A stretch of DNA of 64,000 bases, from assembly GCA_050118535.1 (NCBI GenBank), contig JASFKR010000001.1, positions 20,277-84,276 on the forward strand, written 5' to 3'. Source of the stretch: Myxococcales bacterium (GTDB lineage Bacteria; Myxococcota_A; Polyangia; Polyangiales; JAFGIB01). The stretch's first letter is position 1. Each line of letters begins with the position of its first letter. A program made the position numbers and the translations under genes. Shown one piece after another: positions 23,528 through 34,542 of the stretch. The notes under the pieces were generated by a model that worked only from the letters and a program-made list of their open reading frames with translations, did no database searches and was not told the DNA's origin.

Positions 23528-23589
23528 CGCCCTCCGCTGTTGGCAAAACCCCGCGCGGGGGCTATGTCGGCTGCGACCGGAGGGTGTCC

Positions 23590-25206
23590 ATGAGATCGAT
23601 TCGACGTGCCGCGGTGATGACCGCGGTCCTGTGCTGCGCCGTCCCCGCCACGGCACAGCAAGCGCCCGCGAGGCCGCCCGAGCCCAAGGCTGCGCCCGAA
23701 CCCAAGGCTGCGCCCGAACCCAAGGCTGCGCCCGAGCCCAAGGCTGCGCCCGAGCCCGAGGCTGCGCCCGAGCCCGAGGCTGCGCCCGAACCCGAGGCTG
23801 CGCCCGAGCCCAAGGCTGCGCCCGAGCCCGAGGCCGCTCCGGGCGCCGAACCCGCAGCCGCCCCGGAGACGGAACCCGACACTCCTCCCGCCCCCGAGGA
23901 GCCACAGCCCGCCCCCACCGCGCCTGCGGAGCCCGAGGAGAGGGCGCCGCCGCCGGCACCCCTCGACCAGGATGAGGACGACGCCATCCCGGGACTGCCC
24001 CTGCGCCCCATCGGCATCTTCTTCAGCCGCTTCGAGCTGCGCGACAACCGCGCGCAGGTGGCGCTGCCCGACTCCGACCGCATCCGCTTTCGCACCCGTT
24101 TCGGCCTGCAAACCTCGGCGCTGCCGGCGGGCGGCAGCCGCACCATCACCCTGCGGTTCGTGCCCCAAGCGAGCGGACTGTGGCACGTGGGCGGCAACAT
24201 GCCGGAGGATTCGCCTCCCTACGACCCCAACCTGAGCCTGCACGAGGGCGTGCTGTCACTGCACGATCATGGCTACCGCGTGGATGTAGGCCGCTTCGAG
24301 ATGCTCTACGGGGAGGGACTCCTCATCGGCAACCGGCCGTGGAACCCGACGGGCCGAAGCTTCGATGGCGCGCGGCTGCGCGTCCTCGCCGGCGACAGCG
24401 GTGCCTGGGTGGACGTCTTCTCCACCGTGATCGACGAGGGCGTGGCCGCGACACCGCCGCGAGATGACCCCTTCGGATCCGGCGACCGTTATTTCAACGG
24501 CGTCTACGCGGGCCTTGGCGAGCTGATCGCCGAGGGCTACGAGCTCGACGTCTACGCCCTGGCGCTGATCGACCTGGCCGACCGCGATCCCATCACGAGC
24601 GTGGAAGAGGACCCGGCGGCCCGCGCCACCCTGGGCATGCGCGTCAAGAACCGCATCGAGGCCGTCGACTACCGCTTCGAAGGTGGTGTGCAGGCGGGCA
24701 GTGACCAGGGCGATCGGGACATCTTCGCCTACCAGCTCGACGCCGAAGTGGGCGCGATGCTGCCCGGCGACACCGTGCGGGTCGGACTCGAGGGTCTGAT
24801 CGCGTCGGGCGACGACCTGGACACCGCCGACACCAACGAGGGCTGGGACCCGATGTTTCCGACCATCCACCGCTGGCTGGGCACGTCGGACATCATCGGC
24901 AACCGGCAGAACATCGGCGGCGGTGCCCTGCACCTGCTGGCCCACGGCCCGTCCAACCTGGACTTCACCGGCGACGTGCACCTCTTCGTGCGGCCGGAGA
25001 CGCCTGACGATGTGGAGAGCTACGCGGGCGCCGAGGTCGACGTGGGCGTCCTTTACAACGTGGGTGGAGGCTTCGTCACCCGTGGGAGCTACGCCCTGTT
25101 CATGCCCAACGATGGCCACTACACCGGCGGCAACGGCGAACCGGTGCACTTCCTGGAGCTCGAGGTCCGCTACGACCTGGAGGATCCGGACCCGCGCGGC
25201 CGTTGA
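23590..25206 (+). CDS. outer-membrane beta-barrel protein, alginate-export-like, with Pro/Glu/Ala repeat linker
   Basis: Start ATG 23590 (MRSIRRAAVMTAVLCCAVPATAQQ signal peptide). GRFEMLYGEGLLIGNRPWNPTGRSFDGARL resembles the alginate_exp family motif. The C-terminus has alternating beta-strand character. Confidence 0.6.
   Translation: MRSIRRAAVMTAVLCCAVPATAQQAPARPPEPKAAPEPKAAPEPKAAPEPKAAPEPEAAPEPEAAPEPEAAPEPKAAPEPEAAPGAEPAAAPETEPDTPPAPEEPQPAPTAPAEPEERAPPPAPLDQDEDDAIPGLPLRPIGIFFSRFELRDNRAQVALPDSDRIRFRTRFGLQTSALPAGGSRTITLRFVPQASGLWHVGGNMPEDSPPYDPNLSLHEGVLSLHDHGYRVDVGRFEMLYGEGLLIGNRPWNPTGRSFDGARLRVLAGDSGAWVDVFSTVIDEGVAATPPRDDPFGSGDRYFNGVYAGLGELIAEGYELDVYALALIDLADRDPITSVEEDPAARATLGMRVKNRIEAVDYRFEGGVQAGSDQGDRDIFAYQLDAEVGAMLPGDTVRVGLEGLIASGDDLDTADTNEGWDPMFPTIHRWLGTSDIIGNRQNIGGGALHLLAHGPSNLDFTGDVHLFVRPETPDDVESYAGAEVDVGVLYNVGGGFVTRGSYALFMPNDGHYTGGNGEPVHFLELEVRYDLEDPDPRGR
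23677..23838. repeat. 18 bp tandem repeat x9 (CCCGAGCCCAAGGCTGCG variants) encoding (PEPKAA/PEPEAA)n
   Basis: Nine consecutive in-frame 18-mers. They differ mainly at the GAG/GAA and AAG/GAG positions. Confidence 0.9.
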
Positions 25207-25224
25207 GGAAAGGGACGAGCCCGG

Positions 25225-28200
25225 TCAGCCGTCGAGTGCCCGACGCAGGGCCTCGGCGGTGTGGCTGCGCTTGCGCTCGAGGATCTTCTCCGGGACGCCC
25301 TGGGCCACGATCCGCCCGCCGCCCTCGCCCCCCTCGGGACCCAGGTCCACGATCCAGTCGGCGCGCACCATCACGTCCGGATGGTGTTCGATGATCACCA
25401 CCGTGTCGCCGCGGTCGACGAGTCGATCGATCACGTCGAGCAGTCGGGCCACGTCCTCTCGGTGCAACCCGGTGGTCGGCTCGTCCATGACGTAGAGCGT
25501 GCGCTTCTTGCCCGCTGCGTTGAGCTCCGACACCAGCTTGAGGCGCTGGGCCTCGCCGCCGCTGAGGGTGTTGCTGGGCTGTCCCAGCTTCAAATAGCCA
25601 AGCCCCAGATCCGACAGCAACGACAGGGGGCGCCGCACCTTCGGGAAAGCCGTCAGCAGCTCCGCCACCTCGTCCACGTCCTTCTCCAGCAGCTCGCCGA
25701 TGCTCACACCGTGGAGCTGCACGGAGAGCGTCTCGGGATCGAAGCGAAGGCCGTCGCACGTCTCGCACGTCACCAGCGCGTCGGGCAAGAACGACATCTC
25801 GACGCTCGTGGCGCCCTGGCCTTCGCAATCCTCGCAGCGCCCCTTGGCCACGTTGAACGAAAATCGCGAAGCGTCGTAGCCGCGGGCGCGCGCCTGGGGG
25901 GTACTGGCGTAGAGCTTGCGGATCTCGTCGAAAGCACCCACGTAGGTCGCTGGCACCGAACGCGGGGTACGGCCGATGGGCGTCTGGTCGATCTCCACGG
26001 CGCGCATGACCGCGGGGGCACCCACCACCCGATCGTGCGCTCCGGGCGGCTCGCTCTCCAGCCCCAGACTGCGGCGCACCGCGCGCAGGAACACCTCGCG
26101 CACCAGCGTGCTCTTGCCCGAGCCGCTCACGCCGGTGACCACCGTCAGCCGCCCCACCGGAATGCGCAGATCGACGTTGCGCAGGTTGTGCTCCCGCGCG
26201 CCCCTGAGCTCGATCCATTGCACGTTGGGCGCCTTGGCTACCGGCCGCCGAGCCTCCGGCATGGTCAACGGGCGCGACAGGGAACGCCCCGTGATCGACT
26301 CGGGGCTTCGAAGCAGGCGCCCGGGCGTCCCCTCGGCCACGACGTGGCCACCGGCCTGTCCGCCGGTGGGTCCGATGTCGATCATGTGATCTGCAGCGCG
26401 GATCGTGTCGGCATCATGCTCGACCACGAGCACGGAGTTGCCCTGATCCACGAGCTCGCGCAGCGCGCGCAAGAGCCGCCCCGTATCCCGCGGGTGCAGG
26501 CCAATGGTGGGCTCGTCCAGCACGTACAACACGCCCGTGAGACCGCTTCCGAGCTGTGCCGCGAGGCGTACCCGTTGCATCTCGCCGCCGCTCAGCGTCC
26601 AGGCCGCCCGATCCAGCGACAGGTAGGACAGGCCCACGCGCTCCAGGAAGCGCAGGCGAAGCAGCGCTTCGGAGACGGGCACGTGCGCCACCTCGGCGGC
26701 CTTGCCCTCGAGCTTCACGCGCGACAGCCGCTCACTGGCCGCCCGCACCGACAGTGCGAGCAGCGACGTGATCGGCTCGCCGTCGAGTGTCGTGTGCAGG
26801 GCGAGCCCGGCCAGGCGGCTACCACCGCAGTGCGGGCAGGTCTTCAGCTCGGGGTCGACCCGCCCCCTGCGACGCCGGCGACGGACCGCCTCCACCTGGC
26901 CGCGGCCCTCGCAGGTGGGGCACGCGCCCTGTCGTGTGTTGAAGGAGAAGAAGCGCGGATCGGGCTCGGGAAAGCCCGTGCCGCAGGAGGGGCAGCCCCG
27001 ACTGCTCGACAAGAGCAGCCAGTCCCGGCCCCGGTGCACGTGCGCCGCACCGTCCCCATCCCGCAGGGCCCGGCCCAGGAGCTCGCGCACCTCGGCGCTG
27101 GCGTCGGCGCGGACCTGCCCCAGGCAGATGGCCACGTCATGCTCGCGGTAGCGGTCGAGCTTGAGCCCGGCGACGAGTTCCCGCAGCTCGCCGTCGATGC
27201 GCGCCCGGGTCGTGCCGGAGGCCCGCGCGCGTTCCAGAATGTCCCGGTGGGCGCCCTTCTGCCCGCGCACCACCGGCGCGAAGACCTCCACCCGCTTGCT
27301 GCCGAATCGCTGCTTCACGTCACCCACCATCGCCTCGAGCGAGCGCGGCTCGATGGGCACCTCGCAGTCCGGGCAGTGCAGCACGCCCGCCCGCGCGTAG
27401 GCCAGGCGCAGGTAGTGGGCGACCTCGGTGACCGTGGCGACGGTGGAGTTGCGCCCGCCGCCGGTCTGGCGCTGTTCGAGGGACACGCCCGGGGGCACCC
27501 CTTCCACGCGGTCCACGTCCGGCCGTGGCAGCTGCTTGATGTATTGCCGGACGTAGGGCGACAGGGTCTCGAGATAGCGCCGCTGGGACTCGGCGTAGAC
27601 CACGTCGAACGCCAGGGTGCTCTTGCCGCTGCCGCTGGGGCCCGTCACCACCACGAGCGCGTCGCGCGGGATGCTCACTTCCAGTCCCTTGAGGTTGTGC
27701 TCGCGCGCACCGTGGACGGTGATCGCGTGGGCCTCCGGACGACGCGCTTTCTTCGCCGTCCGCCTGCCACCGCCATGCGGCCGTCTCGAGGCGAGTGCTG
27801 CCTTCAGAAACGGCGCCGTCGCCGACTCGGCGCTGGCTGCCACCTCTTCCGGTGTGCCGCTGGCGACGATGCGACCACCCTCCTCGCCCGCGCCTGGGCC
27901 CAGGTCGACCACGTGGTCCGCGCGCGCCGCAAGCCGCATGTCGTGCTCCACGACGACCACGGTGGCGCCGCGCTCCACGAGCCCGTCGATGGCGTCGATC
28001 AGGGGCTCGATATCGGAGCTGTGCAGCCCTGCCGTGGGCTCGTCGAGCACCACCAAGCTGGTCTCGTCCACCTCGCCCAGGGCCGACGCCAGCTTCAGGC
28101 GCTGTGCCTCGCCGCCGCTCAGGGTGTTGAGGGGTTGACCCAGGGTCAGGTAGCCGGCCCCCGCCTCGCACAGGGCCCGCAGTCCGGCGACTGACCTGCC

Positions 28201-30585
28201 CAGCACGTCGTCGAAGCGCTCGAGCGCCTGGGCAGCGGTCAGCTCGAGCAGATCCGCCGCGCTCAGCCCGTCGAGTCGCACGTCGAGCACCGGCCCCACG
28301 AACCGGCGCCCACCGCACTCGGGGCAGTCGAAGCGCACGTCGGCGAGAAACTGCATCTCCACGGTCTCGGCACCGTCACCCTTGCAGGCCTCGCAGCGTC
28401 CACCGGGAACGTTGAAGGAAAACATTCCGGCCTTGTAGCCGCGGGTGCGGGCGAGCTCGGTGGACGCCAGCTTCTTGCGAAAGGCATCCCATACCCCCAG
28501 GTAGGTGGCGGGGTTGCCCCGCGAGGTGCGGCCCAGGGGAGCCTGGTCCACCTCGACGAGCCGCCGGACGCCCCCGAGCCCCGATAGGCGGTCGTGCTCG
28601 AGCGGTCTCGGAGCCGGCTGCTTCACCGCCCGCGCCACCGCGGGAACCAGCGTCTCGGCCACCAGGCTGCTCTTGCCCGAACCACTCACCCCCGTGACGC
28701 AGGTCAGCGCGCCGAGTGGCAGCTGCAAATCGACGCCCTGCAGGTTGTGACCGCGTGCGCCCTTCAGAGAGAGCGTGCCGCGCGGTCGCCTGCGCTCGCG
28801 CGCGCCCGCCCTCGCCCGCGCGCGCAGGGCCCTGCCGGTGGGAGTCTTGGCCCGCGTCAGCTGCACCGGGCTTCCGTCGAAGACCACCCGGCCGCCGGCC
28901 TCGCCTGCGCCGGGCCCCAGCTCCACGACCCGGTCGGCGGCACGTACGAAGCTCTCGTCGGACTCCACGACCAGCACCACGTTGTCGCCCCGCGTCAGCC
29001 GCCGCACCGCGGGCAGCAACCGCTGCACGTCGGCCGGGTGCAGGCCCACCGTGGGCTCGTCGAGGGCGAAGAGCGTGCCGCGTAGTCCGGAGGCCAGGCC
29101 GCTGGTCAGACCCACACGCTGAAGCTCGCCTCCCGAGAGGCTGCGCGCGGTGCGGTCGAGGGTGAGGTAGCCCAGGCCCACGTCACGCAACGTCCGTAGC
29201 CGCGAGGCGGTCTCGTCGAGCACGCGCGCGGTCGTCACGTCGTGCTCCCGTTCGCTGGCAACGCGTTCGATCACCTCCGCGGCGCGCGTCACCGGAAGCG
29301 CGAGCATCTCGGAGATGTTGCGCCCCGCCACCTTCCAGCCGAGGGCTTCGGGCTTGAAACGACTGCCTCCGCAGGCTGCGCAGGGCTCGTACTTGCGATA
29401 CCGCGACAGCAGCACGCGCACGTGCATTTTGTAGGCCTTGGTCTCCAGCCAGGCGAACCAGCGCCGCAGGCCGGGGAAGCCATTGCGCCATCCGCCTCCG
29501 TCGCCCTCGATCAAGGAAGCGCGCTGCGCGGCCGTCAGTCGTCGCAGGGGCACGTCCATGGGGATGCCCTGACGCTTGCAGTGCCGCGACAGCAGGCGTC
29601 GCTCCCACGTGGTCGCGCGCCCGTTCCAGGGGCGAACCGCGCCCTCCTTCAGGCTCAGGTCCTCATCCGGAAACACCTTGTCCCAGTCCACCGCGATGGT
29701 GCGGCCGAACCCGCGACAGGTCTCGCACGCCCCCACCGGACTGTTGAAGGAGAACAGCCCGGGCGAAGGTTTGCGAAAGCTCGCGCCACAGCCATCGCAG
29801 CGCAGACCGCGCGAGACGTCGATCAGCTCACCCTCCGGGCTTGCGATGCGCGCCTGCCCGGAGCCGCGCTCGAAGGCAGCCTCCACCGCCTCACTCAGTC
29901 TCCCCCGGTCGCGCTTGCGCGTGGTGGTCCGGTCGGCGACCACCTGCAGCATGGGCGGTTCGCTGCGCCGTCTTTCGGCGCCACCGAGCGCCTCGCTGGG
30001 TGGGATCTCGTCCAGGTCCCTCACGCGACCGTTGAGCCACAGCCGTCGATAGCCGGCCCCCAACAGCGACTCTCGGACGGAGAGGTAGTCCTCTTCGGAG
30101 AGCACACTCACGGGGTAGCTCACGACCACCCGCCGCTCGGGCAGCCGTTCGGCGGCGAGAGTGGCCGCGGAGCTGGGCGAGAGGGGCCGCACGGGTGCGC
30201 CGCAGTGGGGGCAGTCGAGCTCGGCCCGCGATGCCCAGAGCTGCTTGAGGTAGTCGCTGAGCTCGGTCAGCGTCGCCACGGTCGATCGACTCGTCTTGAC
30301 GGTGCCGCCACGGTCGATCGCGATCGACGCCGGCATCCAATCCAGGTCGTCGAGCGGCGGTCGGGCCAGACGTTCCAGGAATTGCCGCGCATAGGCGCTG
30401 AAGCTCTCGACGTAGCGACGCTGCCCCTCGGCGTACAGCGTGCCGAACACCAGCGACGATTTGCCGGCGCCCGAGGGCCCGCAGACCACGACCAGGCTGC
30501 CTGGCTGCAGGGTCAGGTCCACCCCTCGGAGGTTGTGGGTGCGGGCGCCGCGGAGCTCGATGGGGTGCATGGGGGCCGGGAGCAT
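25225..30585 (-). CDS. uvrA: tandemly duplicated UvrA-like ABC ATPase (four nucleotide-binding sites; start 30585, 30570 or 30645)
   Basis: Four Walker A sites: [40 protein letters not shown]. Four LSGGE signature motifs. Each half has its own set of Cys4 zinc modules (e.g. [30 protein letters not shown], then [30 protein letters not shown]). Confidence 0.9.
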   Translation of the reverse strand: MLPAPMHPIELRGARTHNLRGVDLTLQPGSLVVVCGPSGAGKSSLVFGTLYAEGQRRYVESFSAYARQFLERLARPPLDDLDWMPASIAIDRGGTVKTSRSTVATLTELSDYLKQLWASRAELDCPHCGAPVRPLSPSSAATLAAERLPERRVVVSYPVSVLSEEDYLSVRESLLGAGYRRLWLNGRVRDLDEIPPSEALGGAERRRSEPPMLQVVADRTTTRKRDRGRLSEAVEAAFERGSGQARIASPEGELIDVSRGLRCDGCGASFRKPSPGLFSFNSPVGACETCRGFGRTIAVDWDKVFPDEDLSLKEGAVRPWNGRATTWERRLLSRHCKRQGIPMDVPLRRLTAAQRASLIEGDGGGWRNGFPGLRRWFAWLETKAYKMHVRVLLSRYRKYEPCAACGGSRFKPEALGWKVAGRNISEMLALPVTRAAEVIERVASEREHDVTTARVLDETASRLRTLRDVGLGYLTLDRTARSLSGGELQRVGLTSGLASGLRGTLFALDEPTVGLHPADVQRLLPAVRRLTRGDNVVLVVESDESFVRAADRVVELGPGAGEAGGRVVFDGSPVQLTRAKTPTGRALRARARAGARERRRPRGTLSLKGARGHNLQGVDLQLPLGALTCVTGVSGSGKSSLVAETLVPAVARAVKQPAPRPLEHDRLSGLGGVRRLVEVDQAPLGRTSRGNPATYLGVWDAFRKKLASTELARTRGYKAGMFSFNVPGGRCEACKGDGAETVEMQFLADVRFDCPECGGRRFVGPVLDVRLDGLSAADLLELTAAQALERFDDVLGRSVAGLRALCEAGAGYLTLGQPLNTLSGGEAQRLKLASALGEVDETSLVVLDEPTAGLHSSDIEPLIDAIDGLVERGATVVVVEHDMRLAARADHVVDLGPGAGEEGGRIVASGTPEEVAASAESATAPFLKAALASRRPHGGGRRTAKKARRPEAHAITVHGAREHNLKGLEVSIPRDALVVVTGPSGSGKSTLAFDVVYAESQRRYLETLSPYVRQYIKQLPRPDVDRVEGVPPGVSLEQRQTGGGRNSTVATVTEVAHYLRLAYARAGVLHCPDCEVPIEPRSLEAMVGDVKQRFGSKRVEVFAPVVRGQKGAHRDILERARASGTTRARIDGELRELVAGLKLDRYREHDVAICLGQVRADASAEVRELLGRALRDGDGAAHVHRGRDWLLLSSSRGCPSCGTGFPEPDPRFFSFNTRQGACPTCEGRGQVEAVRRRRRRGRVDPELKTCPHCGGSRLAGLALHTTLDGEPITSLLALSVRAASERLSRVKLEGKAAEVAHVPVSEALLRLRFLERVGLSYLSLDRAAWTLSGGEMQRVRLAAQLGSGLTGVLYVLDEPTIGLHPRDTGRLLRALRELVDQGNSVLVVEHDADTIRAADHMIDIGPTGGQAGGHVVAEGTPGRLLRSPESITGRSLSRPLTMPEARRPVAKAPNVQWIELRGAREHNLRNVDLRIPVGRLTVVTGVSGSGKSTLVREVFLRAVRRSLGLESEPPGAHDRVVGAPAVMRAVEIDQTPIGRTPRSVPATYVGAFDEIRKLYASTPQARARGYDASRFSFNVAKGRCEDCEGQGATSVEMSFLPDALVTCETCDGLRFDPETLSVQLHGVSIGELLEKDVDEVAELLTAFPKVRRPLSLLSDLGLGYLKLGQPSNTLSGGEAQRLKLVSELNAAGKKRTLYVMDEPTTGLHREDVARLLDVIDRLVDRGDTVVIIEHHPDVMVRADWIVDLGPEGGEGGGRIVAQGVPEKILERKRSHTAEALRRALDG

Positions 30586-30645
30586 AGCACCGCTGCCGCG
30601 CGCCGCCCGCGGGCCGGTGGCCGCCGTATACGGTATGCTTCCCAC

Positions 30646-31389
30646 ATGGACCTTCGCACGACTTGCCTGCTCGTCGGCGCAGCCATGCTGTGGCTCGGCG
30701 CCTGCAGCGACGACTCCGGTAGCGACGCGCCGCTGGCGCCGGGCGGTGGCACCAGCACCACGCGCTCGGGCGGCTCCACGCCACCCGCCGACGCCGGGGG
30801 CGGCACCGACGACGAGGACGCGGGCAGCGACGACGGCCCCGTCGACCCGGTCATCGCCCGCGAGTGCATGGCGGTGGACCCCGTGGATTTCATGGGCGAG
30901 GACATGCCCCTCGACGGCAGCTTCTACAACACGGTCACGCTGCCGGACGACTTCACCGTCACGCGGGTGGAAACCACATGGGGCGAGGACTGCGCGACAC
31001 CGACGATCCGCCTGCTCATGTCGACCGGGCGATGCTCACAGCCGGGCGATCACGTGCTCGAGATCGCGATGGAGGCCGACGCGATCGACCGGCGCGACCT
31101 CGTCGTGGGCCAGAACGTGGTGCAGCCCGCGCCGGCCGATCGCGGGCTGCAGGTGCGTTACACGCGCCCGTCCGGGCGGTCGCCTTCCGGCACCTGGGGC
31201 AACTGCGAGGGCGCCGACGGCAGCGTCGACTTCATCGCGCTGGGGACGGATGCGCGCGACGACCTTCAGGCACAGTTTCAGTTCTTGCTGACGCCGTGCG
31301 ACGATGAGACGGCGGGAACCCAGTCGGTCCAGGGCACCTTCGATGTGGTGTTGCGGCGCGGCGTCGACGACGCCTGCCCCGCCGAGTGA
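30646..31389 (+). CDS. Cys-containing lipoprotein, function unknown
   Basis: Start ATG 30646. Signal plus lipobox MDLRTTCLLVGAAMLWLGAC, followed by a Ser/Asp/Gly linker. High GC3. Divergent from the uvrA-like gene. Confidence 0.65.
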   Translation: MDLRTTCLLVGAAMLWLGACSDDSGSDAPLAPGGGTSTTRSGGSTPPADAGGGTDDEDAGSDDGPVDPVIARECMAVDPVDFMGEDMPLDGSFYNTVTLPDDFTVTRVETTWGEDCATPTIRLLMSTGRCSQPGDHVLEIAMEADAIDRRDLVVGQNVVQPAPADRGLQVRYTRPSGRSPSGTWGNCEGADGSVDFIALGTDARDDLQAQFQFLLTPCDDETAGTQSVQGTFDVVLRRGVDDACPAE

Positions 31390-31412
31390 CCAGGGGGCGT
31401 GCCTAGCTTCTG

Positions 31413-33638
31413 CTAGCGCAGGCCCCAGGCGCGGCGCGCGGCCCATTCGGCTGCGAAGACCAGCGCCACCCACAGGAAGAACCAGGGCGACGCGAAGGGG
31501 GCGTGGACGGCGGTTCCCAGGGCGCGGGCGCGCGTGCGGTCGAGAGCGTCCAGGTCGGGCGGATCACCTTCGCGAAAGTGCTCGCCGCCGGTGACCGCTG
31601 CCACCTCGGCGAGCACCTCCGGGCGCGGCTGGGGGTCGGCAAGCTCGTCGCCTCCTGCCTCCACCACGAAGCCCTCGTCGGCGAGCTCCTGCCCGGTGTC
31701 GGGATCGCGCACGGTCACGCGGTAGCCGCCCGGCGCCTCGGGCGCGAGCAGCTCCACACTGGCCTCGCCGGCGGCGTCGCTGACCACCCGCTGCTGACTG
31801 ACGACGCCCCCGCTGCCGTCCATGATCAGCACCTCGAGCGACTCGCTCGACAGCGCCTGGTAGCGCGCGTCTCGCAGCCGCGCCTGCGCCCGCACCCGCG
31901 CGCCGGGCCCGTAGCGCTCCCGGTCGGTCTGCACGCGGGCGGGATCCAGAGACGGATCGCGCGCCAGCCAGCGCAGCGACCGATCCCAGAAACGCTCGTA
32001 GGCCGAGGGGTCACCGGTGCGCCCGGCCGTGGCCATGCCCCAGCGCCAGCTCGCATCGACGCCCAGCGCCATCACTCGGCCCTCGCCGGCGCTGCCCACC
32101 ACGAGCACCGGCATGGGCCCGCCGTCGCCGTCGCGCTCCGTCGGGTGGCTCAGTAGCGTCAGCCCGTCACCCCGAACGCCCGCCAGGCGGTTGGCGCCAA
32201 GCAGCGGGGCCAACGTGCGCCAGGCCGCCAGGTTCTGCGCCGGGTCGGGCACCAGCTCCACGATCGGGTGCCGCGCGGTTTCCTCCTCGAGCACGGGCCG
32301 GAACTCGCCCGTGGTCACCGCGTTCTCTCCGGGCAACATGCGCACCGGCAGGATGTCGGCGATGGCGGTGCGGATGTAGCCGCCGGCTCCGAACGCCCGG
32401 TTGCCGCCGATCATGGCAAAGGCGCCGCCCCCGCGGACGTAGTCGCGAACCCGCGGCAGGTAGCGGGCCATCTGGTAGGGGCCGTAGTTGAAGTCCTGGA
32501 AAATGACCAGGTCGAAGCTGTCCAGGTGCTCGCGGAAGAGCTCGTCGGTCGGGAAGGGAATCAGCGACAGTTCCTCGGGCGGCGCCATGGTCAGGTCGGT
32601 CGCAGTGCGGAGGATGAAGAAGGTGATCAGGTCGATGGCTGGATCCGACTTGAGGAAGGCGCGCAAGAAGCGGGTGTCCCAGCTCGGCGCACCGCACACG
32701 AGCAGCACCCGCAGCTTGTCGCGCGTCACGCGCACCAGAAACGCCCGCTCGTTGTTCTCCGGGACCGAATCCTCGGCCGACAGCGGCACCGACAGGGTGT
32801 AGACGGAGCGCCCCAACCGCTCGGGCGTGAACGGCAGCGTCACCGTCCCCTCGCCGTGCTCGTCGAGCTCCGCGGCCGCCTCGGCCACCACCTGGTCGTC
32901 CCGGCGCAGGGTGACCATCAGCGCCTGGTCGCTGGCGCGCGTCGAACGCACCGTGACCTCCACCTGGGCAGCCTGGCGCAGGAAGCTCACGGGGTCGGCG
33001 CGAACGCGCACGATGCCGTCGTCCACCAACGTGCGGTCGGAAGCCATGGCGAGGGTGTGCACGCGCACGCCCAGGCCCTCGAGCTGCGCGGGCGACCAGC
33101 CCGGGGCCATGTCGGCACCGTCCGACACCAGCAAGACCGCGCCCAGGTCGTCTCCGTAGTCCTCCGCCAGCCCCTCCAGCGCCCGCTGCACCCGCGTGTC
33201 GTCGTCCTTCGCCAGGCCGGCTTCCCCCAGTTCCGCCAGGTTGATGGGCCGCAGCTCGGAGCCAAACCCATACGAGTCGAAGGGCACGTCGGCATCCGCC
33301 GCCAGCGTCGACAACAATCCCCGCGCCCGCCCGGCGCGGGTCTGCAGACCATCGCGGATGGACATGCTGCGCGAGACATCCAGAAGCACCGCGAGCCGTC
33401 CCTGAACGTTCTCCACGCGCTCGGTGATCCACTCCGGTTGCAGCGCGAGCATTGCGGCCATCAGCACGCCCAGGAGCCGTAGCCCGAGCAGCGCGATGCG
33501 GCGCCCCGTGCCCTGGACGCGCAGCGTCTGTGGAACGCCCGCGGCAGCCACGACCAGCAGCGCGACGGCCAGCGCGATGCCCACCGTGGTGCCGCCCGGG
33601 TTGCCCAGGCGCAGGCTCCAGCTCGAGAGCTCCCCCAT
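31413..33638 (-). CDS. membrane protein with vWA domain and GATase1-like domain (Bat-like)
   Basis: N-terminal TM pairs. MIDAS-like LLDVSRSMS. Central LRVLLVCGAPSWDTRFLRAFL...FDLVIFQDF...GGGAFAMIGG is GATase1-like. C-terminal TM WFFLWVALVFAAEW. Confidence 0.7.
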   Translation of the reverse strand: MGELSSWSLRLGNPGGTTVGIALAVALLVVAAAGVPQTLRVQGTGRRIALLGLRLLGVLMAAMLALQPEWITERVENVQGRLAVLLDVSRSMSIRDGLQTRAGRARGLLSTLAADADVPFDSYGFGSELRPINLAELGEAGLAKDDDTRVQRALEGLAEDYGDDLGAVLLVSDGADMAPGWSPAQLEGLGVRVHTLAMASDRTLVDDGIVRVRADPVSFLRQAAQVEVTVRSTRASDQALMVTLRRDDQVVAEAAAELDEHGEGTVTLPFTPERLGRSVYTLSVPLSAEDSVPENNERAFLVRVTRDKLRVLLVCGAPSWDTRFLRAFLKSDPAIDLITFFILRTATDLTMAPPEELSLIPFPTDELFREHLDSFDLVIFQDFNYGPYQMARYLPRVRDYVRGGGAFAMIGGNRAFGAGGYIRTAIADILPVRMLPGENAVTTGEFRPVLEEETARHPIVELVPDPAQNLAAWRTLAPLLGANRLAGVRGDGLTLLSHPTERDGDGGPMPVLVVGSAGEGRVMALGVDASWRWGMATAGRTGDPSAYERFWDRSLRWLARDPSLDPARVQTDRERYGPGARVRAQARLRDARYQALSSESLEVLIMDGSGGVVSQQRVVSDAAGEASVELLAPEAPGGYRVTVRDPDTGQELADEGFVVEAGGDELADPQPRPEVLAEVAAVTGGEHFREGDPPDLDALDRTRARALGTAVHAPFASPWFFLWVALVFAAEWAARRAWGLR

Positions 33639-33641
33639 CGG

Positions 33642-34436
33642 TTACCTCTGGCCCGCGCGCCGCCGCATGATGATGGGCGAGTGGACCTGGTCGTCCTTGT
33701 AGTCCAGGCACAGGGCGTAGAGCACCAGGTTGACGCCCAGGCGAATCGCCCTCTCGCGCTGGCCGCTGCCGCCGGGCTGCACCGGGTAGCGAAAATTTCC
33801 GAGGTTGTCCCGGTCCCAGGCGCCGCCCAGATCGTGGCGCGAGTAGATGACGGCGGCCCGACCGCCGCGCTCGACGGCCTCCAGGTTCTCGGGTCCCTCG
33901 ACCCGACCGTAGGGTCGCTGCAGCAGATAAAAGGAGCGGTAGACGGTGTGGTTTGCCGGCAGCGGCAGCAAAGCCCCTTCACCAAAGGCCCGGTCCAGGG
34001 CACGGCGCACGCTGCGATCGAAGCCGTCCTGGTCCGGCGACGCGTCGTCGATCAGCACGAAGCCCCCGAACTCGACGAAGCGGCGCAGACCGGTGATCTC
34101 CGCGTCGCTCAGCGGTTCGAAGGAGCGCTCGCCGCTCCAGTAGACGAACGGCGAATCGAAGAGCGAGGGATCGTCGAGCCGCACGTCGGTCGGCTCCAGC
34201 AGGGTCTCGACGCTGGTGCGCTGGCGGATCTCCCACGCCAGGCGGCGGGGCGCGCTGGGACGCGGCGCCACACTGCGCCCCGCATGCACCACGCTGCGGA
34301 TGTCGAGCGCCGTGGCGACGCCGATGGCGTCCGCGGGTGGTGGGCCCAGCAGCCACGGCCCGAAGGCGGTGGCCAGGAACGCCAGCAGCGAAACACACAC
34401 CGGCGGCCACACCCGGCTCTGCGCGGTCGCGCCCAT
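33642..34436 (-). CDS. DUF4159 domain protein (start uncertain: 34436 or 34478)
   Basis: FVYWSGERSF..LSDAEITGLRRFVEFGGFVLIDD...HTVYRSFYLL...AAVIYSRHDLGGAWD...AIRLGVNLVLYALC matches my recollection of the DUF4159 pattern. Its stop lies 3 nt before the next gene's start. Confidence 0.65.
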   Translation of the reverse strand: MGATAQSRVWPPVCVSLLAFLATAFGPWLLGPPPADAIGVATALDIRSVVHAGRSVAPRPSAPRRLAWEIRQRTSVETLLEPTDVRLDDPSLFDSPFVYWSGERSFEPLSDAEITGLRRFVEFGGFVLIDDASPDQDGFDRSVRRALDRAFGEGALLPLPANHTVYRSFYLLQRPYGRVEGPENLEAVERGGRAAVIYSRHDLGGAWDRDNLGNFRYPVQPGGSGQRERAIRLGVNLVLYALCLDYKDDQVHSPIIMRRRAGQR

Positions 34437-34542
34437 CGCTCTCACGCCGGGGAGGTGAGCACAGCCCCGCATGCGCATCAAGCCGAAGCGCCAGGCAGGC
34501 TGGCGTTGCCGGGCGCGGCCGGATCGCCGATGATGCGCGTCC

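Noticed and set aside
23677-23838. Regular 18 bp repeats as a possible CRISPR array
   Set aside because: The repeats are contiguous with no spacers, they are in frame, and they lie inside a coding region with a signal peptide upstream. This is a protein linker repeat.
25261-28194. 977 aa plus-strand ORF (and 29242..30645, the upstream part of the 715 aa ORF) opposite the uvrA-like gene
   Set aside because: These are antisense shadows of a gene with four clear ABC modules. Only the last 247 codons of the 715 aa ORF (30646..31389) look like a real lipoprotein gene.
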